From an uncultured archaeon (GTDB lineage Archaea; Aenigmatarchaeota; Aenigmatarchaeia; GW2011-AR5): a stretch of DNA of 64,000 nucleotides. Position 1 is the first letter of the stretch, and every line of letters begins with the position of its first letter. Positions 44,526-51,807 of this stretch are shown piece by piece. The DNA lies in the NCBI GenBank assembly GCA_964373255.1, contig CAYJTG010000002.1, positions 30,481 through 94,480 on the forward strand, given 5' to 3'. The translations under genes were made by a program, and so were the position numbers. The notes beneath the pieces were generated by a model that had not been told where the DNA came from, did not search any database, and was given only the letters and a program-made list of their open reading frames with translations.

Positions 44526-45404
44526 TTAATATACCGTCATGCCTGTGTACGGCTGCATAGCTGTGACAACGCCTGTCTGATTGATCGTCTCTGGAAATTG
44601 TGCAAGGAACACGACAACTACGGCAGCAGAGCCGCTGAACATGGAGTTGTCGCCTGCCTTGAACGTGATTATGTTGTCGCCCAGTCTCAGGTCTGATTTG
44701 TCCAATCGTATGCTCTGCAGGTCGGCGACAGGGCTTTCCCAGACGTTTATTCCGTTAATATCAACTACCAGCGTGCCTACGTTCTCTGTCATGTTCAAAT
44801 CTATTTTCGAGAACTGAAGATTGAGATACTCTTCGCCTAAGTAAAACCTGAACTGGCTGAAGTCATTTTCGAAGCTTGCGTAGTTTACAGTAACGTCGCT
44901 AAGCTTGTATAAATTAGGTGCCCAGATACGCCAGAAAGATGATTCTGGAAATACCTCTATCACGGCTTTTTCTGATAACATGCTGCTGTCTATGGATATT
45001 TCATAGTCGCCAGGGTCGAAAACCCTGCTTTCGATAATTTTCCCGTTGACGCTGATTATGAGCTTGCCGATGTCGTTATTGGACAAAACGGTGAATTTTA
45101 CAGAAGCCGCCTGCAGTCCGGACTTTCTCAGTTCGTACGTTATTTTCTCTTCGCCAAACAGCAGACCGTTCTTTAATTCCTTGTCGCCCAGGTCGATGGA
45201 ATTTGCCTGCAAAACGTCACTTGCTGCGAAAGCTGGTATATAGAAGACCTTTACCGCCTCGATTATGCCTAGATTCCTTGTCTTGTTTTCCGGGCATCTG
45301 TCACTGGTGCACGTACCAACGTATGCGCTGAATGCAGCCAGAAGTATCGCTAATATCATCAGGCCAACTACAAGAAAATACACAAATTCATTATTGCCTT
45401 TCAT
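44526..45404 (-). CDS. N-terminally anchored extracytoplasmic protein (possible class-III/pilin-like signal)
   Basis: ATG at 45404 (TTG at 45410). MKGNNEFVYFLVVGLMILAILLAAF has a short charged head ending in KG followed by a long hydrophobic helix. Confidence 0.55.
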   Translation of the reverse strand: MKGNNEFVYFLVVGLMILAILLAAFSAYVGTCTSDRCPENKTRNLGIIEAVKVFYIPAFAASDVLQANSIDLGDKELKNGLLFGEEKITYELRKSGLQAASVKFTVLSNNDIGKLIISVNGKIIESRVFDPGDYEISIDSSMLSEKAVIEVFPESSFWRIWAPNLYKLSDVTVNYASFENDFSQFRFYLGEEYLNLQFSKIDLNMTENVGTLVVDINGINVWESPVADLQSIRLDKSDLRLGDNIITFKAGDNSMFSGSAAVVVVFLAQFPETINQTGVVTAMQPYTGMTVY

Positions 45405-45410
45405 TACCAA

Positions 45411-45472
45411 TCCCTTTTCTTAAAAGAAAAGGTCTAGGTTTTATCCCAAAAGAATGGGGGTTCTTCTAGACC
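45411..45472. repeat. Intergenic copy of a tRNA-intron-like sequence
   Basis: TCCCTTTTCTTAAAAGAAAAGGTCTAGGTTTTATCCCAAAAGAA compares with the tRNA-Thr D-loop intron TCCCTTTCTTTGTAAAGAAAGGTCTAGGTTTCACCCCAAAGAAA (about 80% identity over ~44 nt by eye). Confidence 0.75.
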
Positions 45473-45593
45473 TTGTCTTCAAAAATTATTGTGAGTCTAT
45501 ACCATATTATTTTATTTTGATACAACGTTGTAATGTAACTACTTTACAGTAAATATATACCATAAGCTTTAAAAAGGTTTGGTTTAGCAACTT

Positions 45594-46781
45594 ATGATGG
45601 ACAGAAGAGAATTTCTGAACTATATGTGTGCACTTGTAGCGACGACGCCGGCTGCGGCTATGGCGTCACCTGTTAGGAATACGGCTGTGTACGCCGCTGC
45701 AAGAAGATACGATTTTCTGACAACTCCTGTATATGATTCGATATACGATCCTATAGGAGAGAACGCAGAAAATATAGCCATGGAGCTCTATCCGAACTCA
45801 TTGCAGGACCTCGTCAGCAAGGGAATAATTACATCGGGCATAAAAGACCTTTCGTTTCCACTTGGGATAAGATACCAGCACAATGGCGGGGAAAGGAAAA
45901 GGGTGGATTTCTACCGCGGGATGCGCGACATGTGGAACGCGAAGCCGGGAATAAAAGGCAGCAGGGCGCTGAAAAGCCAGAGGGATGGGTTCCTGAAAAA
46001 AATCAAGCATGAAAAAAAATCAAGCCTTCGCGAATACAGAAGGAATGAAATAGCGCACGGCATTGAAGTTGCCGGGGAGATCCGGAAAAATATAGACCAA
46101 ACCTATAAAGGCGAGATGGCAAGATTTGCAAGAAACGCTGCAGAAAAGCTTTCGTCAAACGTTTTGCTGGGGTACAATATACATGAAATAACGCCGCCAA
46201 GCTACAACGGCAGGCAGATAAACCCTGTCTTCAAGGCTTATTTTGTCGACCGCTTATTCAAGGAAGCCGGCAAGGAGTTCATAGAAGGCTATCCGGCAAG
46301 GTACGACCCTTACATGAGCTTCGGGCCGTTCCAGATGACAAACTTTGCAATGCCTGTTGCAGCCGGCTTAAACCGGCATGTCGGCAAAGAAGATAGGATT
46401 CCGTATAATGTGCAGGACTTAGAAGGGCTGCAGGACCACGTAAACGCAGCTGTCATGTTTGCACTGTCAAATTTCGTGTCGCTTGGAAATCATCTTTCAG
46501 GGCGCAAGCTCCTGAAAAAGTTCAACGACGGCTTTGAGAAGATGGACGAGCGCAGCCAGCAGATAGTTATATCGGGCACAACGGCCTGCATGCACCACCA
46601 GCCTTCAATAACAAAAAAAAGGATAGGATTCTACGTCGACAAAAAGCCTATGGATGACATGTTCTACAAGATACGTCCATCGCTGACAGACCAGTTGCAA
46701 AAGTACTACGACAGCGCAGCAGAGGCGTATCTGCTGATGAAGGTATTTCACGACCTTGAAGACAAATATTCCAGAGACTAG
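45594..46781 (+). CDS. Secreted protein with twin-arginine (Tat) signal
   Basis: MMDRREFLNYMCALVATTPAAAMASP contains the RREFL Tat motif. The mature part was not recognised. Confidence 0.65.
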   Translation: MMDRREFLNYMCALVATTPAAAMASPVRNTAVYAAARRYDFLTTPVYDSIYDPIGENAENIAMELYPNSLQDLVSKGIITSGIKDLSFPLGIRYQHNGGERKRVDFYRGMRDMWNAKPGIKGSRALKSQRDGFLKKIKHEKKSSLREYRRNEIAHGIEVAGEIRKNIDQTYKGEMARFARNAAEKLSSNVLLGYNIHEITPPSYNGRQINPVFKAYFVDRLFKEAGKEFIEGYPARYDPYMSFGPFQMTNFAMPVAAGLNRHVGKEDRIPYNVQDLEGLQDHVNAAVMFALSNFVSLGNHLSGRKLLKKFNDGFEKMDERSQQIVISGTTACMHHQPSITKKRIGFYVDKKPMDDMFYKIRPSLTDQLQKYYDSAAEAYLLMKVFHDLEDKYSRD

Positions 46782-46792
46782 TTTCTGATTAG

Positions 46793-47082
46793 TGCGAGGG
46801 GGCGGATTCGAACCGCCGAACGGACTAACCGACAAGATAGCTCAAACGGTCATATAATAATCGTTTGCTAATAAATCGATTTCTTGAGTTTCACAGTCAT
46901 CTAAGCTTCTTTAGAAAAGAAGCTTAATCAAGAAACTTCTTTTCTTTCAACGCTTATCTTAACTCAATGACACTTGCGCCTTTGACCAGATTTCCATACC
47001 TTCTCTTCATAATACAGCTTTACCATAATTTCTTTTGGTATAGCTTTTCTTTTGAAAGAAAAGGTATCTTGGCTACCCTCGC
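46793..47082 (-). tRNA. Class II tRNA, probable tRNA-Leu(CAA), with three introns (290-nt gene)
   Basis: The 5' part is GCGAGGG TA GCC AAG[77 nt]TCTGGTCAAA GGC G CAAG[83 nt]. Next come ACTCAAGA[44 nt]TCTTG and T CGGTTAGTCCG TTC. The 3' part is GGCGG-TTCGAAT-CCGCC CCCTCGC A. The lengths add up (86+204=290). The isotype depends on an 8-nt micro-exon. Confidence 0.7.
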
Positions 47083-47140
47083 AATGTCCTTGTTTCATAT
47101 TGACAACACAATTTATTAAACTATTAGAAAAAGCTTAGGC

Positions 47141-47602
47141 TTACTTTGCACCCTGGAGGTGCTGCCTGAGGTTTGAAATCTGCTTCTGCATGTCTGTCAG
47201 AGTATTCTCGAGCTGCATTATTTCAGGGGTAGCGCCACCCATCTCGCTGATGCTGATGCCTTTTGGCCTCAGAAGTTCTGTGTCTATTTCTGTTATCGAT
47301 TTTTCAACGCGCTGTATGGTGGCTTGCATGATACTAATGGCGTTTGATTTAACAGCCTCGGCCTCGTGTATAACAGCAAAAAACTGCTTGAGAACGGAAA
47401 TAAAGAGCTTTATCTCTTGCACAGTGGACAGGACCTCTTTGTACTTGTCGACCTTGATAAAAAGCGGGGCGCTAAAATCCTGCCGAACAGCGCTGCTGGC
47501 GATGTGCGGCTGACTCGTTGGGATCTCTTCCAGGGGCTCTTCCATTATATCTTTGATGTCCTGCATTTCTGATCGGTAGTCGTCCTTTTTCCTGAACAGC
47601 AT
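47141..47602 (-). CDS. Hypothetical coiled-coil protein
   Basis: ATG start, 153 aa, heptad-like C-terminal half. Confidence 0.5.
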   Translation of the reverse strand: MLFRKKDDYRSEMQDIKDIMEEPLEEIPTSQPHIASSAVRQDFSAPLFIKVDKYKEVLSTVQEIKLFISVLKQFFAVIHEAEAVKSNAISIMQATIQRVEKSITEIDTELLRPKGISISEMGGATPEIMQLENTLTDMQKQISNLRQHLQGAK

Positions 47603-47663
47603 CTATAATCATCCCTGAAGTTTATTATGGACTATGAAATATATATAGCTAAATGAATGTTGA

Positions 47664-47778
47664 CATTATCAACTTAACGGCTGTTGTCAAAGCATATAGA
47701 CGCACTTCGTGAGTCAGTTTGTTTCAACAGCCTTTTCTGGGTGATTAGCTGTTGCTAATCACCCTTAAGTTGATAGTG
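47664..47778. mobile_element. MITE-like nested-hairpin element (CAACTTAA family, inverted relative to 49480)
   Basis: The terminal stem is CATTATCAACTTAA/TTAAGTTGATAGTG. The hairpins are GGCTGTTG..CAACAGCC and GGGTGATTAGC-TGTT-GCTAATCACCC. The first contains TAGACGCACTTCGTGAGTCAGTTTGTT, which is shared with 32180. No clear TSD was found. Confidence 0.65.
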
Positions 47779-47785
47779 TTATAAA

Positions 47786-47932
47786 TGCGGTAGCCGGGAT
47801 TCGAACCCGAATCGCAACCTTGGCAAGGTTGTATCCTACCATTATCCATTTTCTTGGTTCTGTTGGTTCTTTTGGTTCTGTTGGTTCTTTTGATTAAACT
47901 TTTCTTCCAAGAAAAGTTTAGACTACTACCGC
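47786..47932 (-). tRNA. tRNA-Gly(GCC) with a ~75-nt D-loop intron
   Basis: Acceptor GCGGTAG/CTACCGC. The D arm is GTCT AA[intron]TGGTA GGAT. The anticodon arm is CAACC-TTGCCAA-GGTTG and the T arm TCGGG-TTCGAAT-CCCGG. The intron contains a tandem 18-nt repeat. Confidence 0.8.
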
Positions 47933-48029
47933 TGTTTGAAAACAGTGGAATGCAAGATTTAAATATAGAAATAAATTGTAAATCTAAAATCTAAAGAAAT
48001 CAAAACCAAAAATAAAATAAAAAACAAAA

Positions 48030-48662
48030 CTACTTTATGCTGAGATTTTTCACGTATCTCTTCGATACGTCACTAACTGCTTCCCTTAGCCCAAGCCCAA
48101 GCGCTATGGCAACCCCAAGACCGATCGATCCTATTATGACAAGCAGGATGTTGTTGACCAGCGTTGCGGATATACCCAGAACAGGCAGAGCCAGTGCAAT
48201 TGAGACGTATATAATGAAGAAGAACAGTATCTTTGCGACCAGTATTCCCCACAAGGACTTTGTGGCTTTTATGTGGCCTTTTATGTATTCTCCCAGTGCG
48301 TAGCCCACAACTAGTATAACGGATGCGCCTATTATTCTAGGTATGAATGCGTTTATCTCCGCTACCCATATTGCAAGCTGTGTTATTCCAAGAACCTCTC
48401 TGGACAGTGCTGCAGCAACAAATGCTAGATAGATCCACCATCGTGCAACTACTGAAAACAATTTGCTGAGATGCACGACTGGCTTCTGCGTTTCTGAAAC
48501 GTAGTAGTCCAGCTTCATCTTGTCGAGAGCCTCATTTACGACCCTGCCCACTACTTTTCCTACTACAAGACCTATTACGAGCAGAATCACAGCGCTTACG
48601 AGATTCGGGAGAAACTCCACCGCTCCTGTGGTTAGGTTGGTCAGTACGTCTGCTAATACCAT
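48030..48662 (-). CDS. Polytopic membrane protein with repeated TM-helix motif (mechanosensitive-channel-associated 'conserved TM helix'-like)
   Basis: ATG start. The stretch FLPNLVSAVILLVIGLVVGKVVGRVV recurs as IPRIIGASVILVVGYALGEYI and again later. The family call is tentative. Confidence 0.55.
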   Translation of the reverse strand: MVLADVLTNLTTGAVEFLPNLVSAVILLVIGLVVGKVVGRVVNEALDKMKLDYYVSETQKPVVHLSKLFSVVARWWIYLAFVAAALSREVLGITQLAIWVAEINAFIPRIIGASVILVVGYALGEYIKGHIKATKSLWGILVAKILFFFIIYVSIALALPVLGISATLVNNILLVIIGSIGLGVAIALGLGLREAVSDVSKRYVKNLSIK

Positions 48663-48793
48663 TTTTAAGCCTCCTGACGAACCACACCTAATTTGTTTTG
48701 ACTCTTTCTTTATTGTTCTTGATTCTGGTCGGTTAATAAAGGTTTTGATACGCCAAAGAATAGAATTTTATAGAGAAAAACAGTCAAAAATTA

Positions 48794-49285
48794 CTACTTT
48801 TTTACAATCTCGAACTTTCCTGGAGATTCCTTTATTTCTGCAAGCCCGTTAGCCTTCAGCTTCAGGGCCCAGTACTTTACCTTGCCTTCGGCTACGCCAA
48901 GCTCCCTTGAAGCAGCTTTGGCCGTTAGTTTTTTCTTTTTTAGAACGAGCTCGAACAGGTCGTCTGCGCCTTTTTTTTCAGGCATGATGTCCATGCCCTC
49001 GAGAACAAGGTCTTTCATCAGATTAACGTTCTCGCCGATCTTATCCTTTACCTGCACTATGCCCGGTGTACTAAATTTTCGCATGAATTCCTTGTACTTT
49101 TCCAGCAGAAAGTCCCGGTCGCGCCTGAGTTCGGCATTCTCCTGCTGAAGGTTTAGTATAATTTTCCTGAACGTCTCGAACGACTCGTCCGTCCTGGCGA
49201 AATTCCTCTCTATCTTAGTATCCATTTCCTTTATCTTTTTGTCCAATTTCTCGATTCTCTCGTCCTTTGAAAGTATGATGTCCAT
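48794..49285 (-). CDS. Coiled-coil protein with C-terminal helix-turn-helix
   Basis: ATG at 49285 (TTG at 49309). Sequence ..LTAKAASRELGVAEGKVKYWALKLKANGLAEI. Confidence 0.5.
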   Translation of the reverse strand: MDIILSKDERIEKLDKKIKEMDTKIERNFARTDESFETFRKIILNLQQENAELRRDRDFLLEKYKEFMRKFSTPGIVQVKDKIGENVNLMKDLVLEGMDIMPEKKGADDLFELVLKKKKLTAKAASRELGVAEGKVKYWALKLKANGLAEIKESPGKFEIVKK

Positions 49286-49337
49286 AACAGATATATGGAA
49301 AACAGGCAAATAAATAGAATAAGGTGCTTGTTGTATT

Positions 49338-49505
49338 ATGAAAAAATATTCAAAGCAGTGTCCGGTTTGTAAATCCGTGAATATTACGTGGTACGCAGGT
49401 GGTGTAACTGGGAATTACGAATGCAAGGGGTGCGGGTACGTTGGAATTCTTGTTCTGGAAGTTGTAGAAGACGACAAAAGGCAACGTCAACTTAAGGGTG
49501 GTTAG
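49338..49505 (+). CDS. Zinc-ribbon mini-protein (55 aa)
   Basis: It falls below the track cutoff. Sequence MKKYSKQCPVCKSVNITWYAGGVTGNYECKGCGYVG... The last 26 nt and the stop lie inside the element at 49480. Confidence 0.4.
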   Translation: MKKYSKQCPVCKSVNITWYAGGVTGNYECKGCGYVGILVLEVVEDDKRQRQLKGG

Positions 49506-49568
49506 CTGTTGCTAACCACCCAGAAAAGGCTGTTGCCGATAGGCAACAGCCGTTAAGTTGACGATGCC
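49480..49568. mobile_element. MITE-like nested-hairpin element (CAACTTAA family)
   Basis: The terminal stem is GGCAACGTCAACTTAA/TTAAGTTGACGATGCC. The hairpins are GGGTGGTTAGC-TGTT-GCTAACCACCC and GGCTGTTGCC-GATA-GGCAACAGCC, joined by AGAAAA. The flanks match only weakly. Confidence 0.7.
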
Positions 49569-49619
49569 TTGAAAAAAGAAAACTTAAGAAGAGAAGAAAA
49601 ATTAGATGATTATTAAGAA

Positions 49620-49779
49620 GCCGGCGTAGTCTAACCTGGTAAGTCGCTAGTCTCGAAAACTAGTGCCCTTCGGGGCTTGCAGGTTCAAAGCCGAGGAAGG
49701 ATATCCTTCCTAAGGCATTACCATCCTTAGGTGGGCTCCGCAGATATTATCTGACTCGGGGGAATTCCTGCCGCCGGCG
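49620..49779 (+). tRNA. tRNA-Ser(CGA) with a 76-nt T-loop intron
   Basis: Acceptor GCCGGCG/CGCCGGC with discriminator G. The anticodon arm is CTAGT-CTCGAAA-ACTAG and the long variable arm is TGCCCTTCGGGGCTT. The T arm is GCAGG-TTCAAA[76 nt]T-CCTGC. Confidence 0.8.
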
Positions 49780-49847
49780 CTTTCTTTTTAAAATACTAAT
49801 TCTAATTTACTGTAAACCCACTAAATAATCAGGACATAATTCCACAT

Positions 49848-49972
49848 GCCGGCTTGGCAGAACTAGGTAAATGCACGTGCCTTGAGTAAATTTTTTAGAA
49901 AAAAGTTTAATCAAAAAACAAGGTCAGCACGAGTGGCTCCGCCACACGCAGGTTCAAATCCTGCAGCCGGCG
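49848..49972 (+). tRNA. tRNA-Ser(UGA) with a 39-nt canonical (37/38) intron
   Basis: Acceptor GCCGGCT/AGCCGGC. The anticodon arm is CGTGC-CTTGAG[39 nt]A-GCACG. The variable arm is AGTGGCTCCGCCACAC and the T arm GCAGG-TTCAAAT-CCTGC. The lengths add up (86+39=125). Confidence 0.85.
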
Positions 49973-50037
49973 CTTATAATCCCAAGAATCCCAAGAAGGG
50001 GCAAGGAACAAAGCTTTTAAAAATAGAAATTTGTATT

Positions 50038-50565
50038 ATGAGTATGGAAAATGATTTTTACCGCCAGCTGGGAACAGGCGTTGCCAGCCTAACATTCGGT
50101 GTAGCGCTTTCGATATTTATTTATGCGGCTGCGTCTGGAATAGCAAGCACGACGCAAGCGTGGCTGCTTTTCGGGGCTTCGTTTTTGATTATGCTCAGGT
50201 TCTGGTGGCGATACAATGAACTCTTTGTGCAGTTTTTGCCATCAAAAACATTCTGGCATTTCCTGTTTGATTTCTTGATTTCATTTTTTGGCATACTGGC
50301 CGTGCTTTCTGTAAACAATATACAGACGTGGGCCGTGATCGGGATGCTGGCAATGATATCCTCTGCTGTCAGATGCGGGCTATCGTGGGATGCCAAAAAA
50401 GACGCAAAGCAAAGGCTTCAAAGGACGCTCTACGGGGCTGTCGGAATGCTTATTATATTTGGCATTGTCTATAGCCTTGCGTCTATCATTGAACACGTTC
50501 TACTGGCAGAAGCCATCTTCGTGATAGTCTTAATTTTTGTTATTTACTCCTCTAAAAAGAACTAA
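50038..50565 (+). CDS. Polytopic membrane protein
   Basis: The track ORF (49882) overlaps tRNA-Ser(UGA). The ATG at 50038 gives MSMENDFYRQLG.. followed by about five TM helices. Confidence 0.6.
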   Translation: MSMENDFYRQLGTGVASLTFGVALSIFIYAAASGIASTTQAWLLFGASFLIMLRFWWRYNELFVQFLPSKTFWHFLFDFLISFFGILAVLSVNNIQTWAVIGMLAMISSAVRCGLSWDAKKDAKQRLQRTLYGAVGMLIIFGIVYSLASIIEHVLLAEAIFVIVLIFVIYSSKKN

Positions 50566-50876
50566 ATCGTTTTTGTATTTTGTTTTATGAGAAATCTGCA
50601 TATACTGTAGAGTTCTGTCTCCAGCGCTGGCTTGTCTATTTTCCCGTTTATGAGCTGCTCGCACAACTGCCTTATTTTACCGGCTAAATTCTGATCAGAC
50701 ATCATTTTATTCGCGCCGCGGATCTGCCGCAGGTACTGTGAAACAGCGGGCTGCGTTACGCCAAGCATGTTAGAGATCTCTGTCTGATTCAGTTTGTAAG
50801 AATTAGCTAATTCTCGGGCCATCTTAGCCCTCACAGAAGGCAGCAATTCTGCGATTTTCTCGATTTCAAGCTTCAT
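50562..50876 (-). CDS. XRE-type helix-turn-helix regulator
   Basis: ATG at 50876 (MKLEIEKI..). LNQTEISNMLGVTQPAVSQYLRQIRG is a classic HTH. The longer TTG-start version would run into a repeat remnant. Confidence 0.7.
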   Translation of the reverse strand: MKLEIEKIAELLPSVRAKMARELANSYKLNQTEISNMLGVTQPAVSQYLRQIRGANKMMSDQNLAGKIRQLCEQLINGKIDKPALETELYSICRFLIKQNTKTI

Positions 50877-50916
50877 AGCTATCGTAAATGTTATTGGTGG
50901 CAGAACTTTTTTATAA

Positions 50917-50952
50917 GCAATTGATGCTATTTCACAGGTTTTCAACAGAGCC
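50917..50952. repeat. Remnant (one arm) of the GGCTCTGTTGAAA MITE family
   Basis: ..gcaattgatgctatttcacaggttttcaacagagcc compares with acgtcgatgctttttcataggttttcaacagagcc at 31166-31200. No partner arm is present. Confidence 0.6.
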
Positions 50953-50959
50953 GTTTCTA

Positions 50960-51787
50960 TTACTCTTCAAATCTAGAAAAAAGCTTTATAGCGAAATGTG
51001 TGAACAACCCGCCTATGTTTGAGAAGACAAGATTTCGAAAGAACTCCATGATTACCCAGAAGCTGAACCCGGAAATCAGCGGTAGCCAGCGGAAATAGGC
51101 ATTGAAAATTTTGGAATCTTCGATGGACGATGATATTTGGTTCTCAACAAGGTCTTTCCCCAATAACTGCGCCTCTGGTGGCAATGACTCCAGGGCGATG
51201 GTCGTCATGGTCTCTGTGAGATCCTGGCGAAAGCTTGCCTGATAGTACTGCATGCCGAGAAGCACAGCAAACAATATGCCCAACGCCATCAGTATATTGG
51301 TTACAAGGAGCGCCTTGCTTACTGAATTCGAGCCGACGCGAAACAAAACCCATTTTTTCAATTCTTTACCGTACGTATTTGAAAGCGGAATCAGAAAAAC
51401 AAACGAAACAAAGGCAGAAGCGGCTATGAACAACCCCATTACCGTAGGAAACAGGATAACGGTCAGCACAACACAGATAGCGCCAATGACAGCGCCGATC
51501 CTTTTGTCTGCTGAGAAGTAACCGTAGCTGCTCACGAACGAAAACGACAGCACAAGAACAATAACAGCAAGGAAGATAGTCGAGAAAGGCGCCAGAACGT
51601 GCAGCAGCGACGAGGCAGTGCCGAGATCTGAGGAGCCCACTATCATCGATTTCAGCAGGGAGTTCTGGAGATTTACGATATAGCCGACAGAGATTCCGCT
51701 ATGCTTCAGAAGAAAAAGGAAAACTACGTAAGCTGCAACGGGCAATACTATTGAAATCTTTTCCAGTGTTTCTAATTTCATGCTCAT
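50960..51787 (-). CDS. Polytopic membrane protein (275 aa)
   Basis: ATG start with about seven hydrophobic helices. No motif was recognised. Confidence 0.6.
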   Translation of the reverse strand: MSMKLETLEKISIVLPVAAYVVFLFLLKHSGISVGYIVNLQNSLLKSMIVGSSDLGTASSLLHVLAPFSTIFLAVIVLVLSFSFVSSYGYFSADKRIGAVIGAICVVLTVILFPTVMGLFIAASAFVSFVFLIPLSNTYGKELKKWVLFRVGSNSVSKALLVTNILMALGILFAVLLGMQYYQASFRQDLTETMTTIALESLPPEAQLLGKDLVENQISSSIEDSKIFNAYFRWLPLISGFSFWVIMEFFRNLVFSNIGGLFTHFAIKLFSRFEE

Positions 51788-51807
51788 TTCCTCAAATTGT
51801 TAATGTT

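Noticed and set aside
36700-47602. Interpretation of the SLT+M15 giant protein as a phage tape-measure or virion-associated lysin within a provirus, or as a conjugative T4SS hydrolase
   Set aside because: No capsid, portal, terminase, integrase, relaxase, VirB4/VirD4-type ATPase or att-like repeats are visible in or around the cluster. The protein also has a large cytoplasmic domain and a six-helix membrane block that are atypical for tape measures. I cannot exclude this without profile searches, so it is kept only as an alternative in the main finding.
49882-50037. N-terminal extension of the track ORF 49882..50565
   Set aside because: It overlaps the 3' two-thirds of tRNA-Ser(UGA) and encodes a basic, low-complexity peptide. 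The hydrophobic protein begins cleanly at the ATG at 50038.
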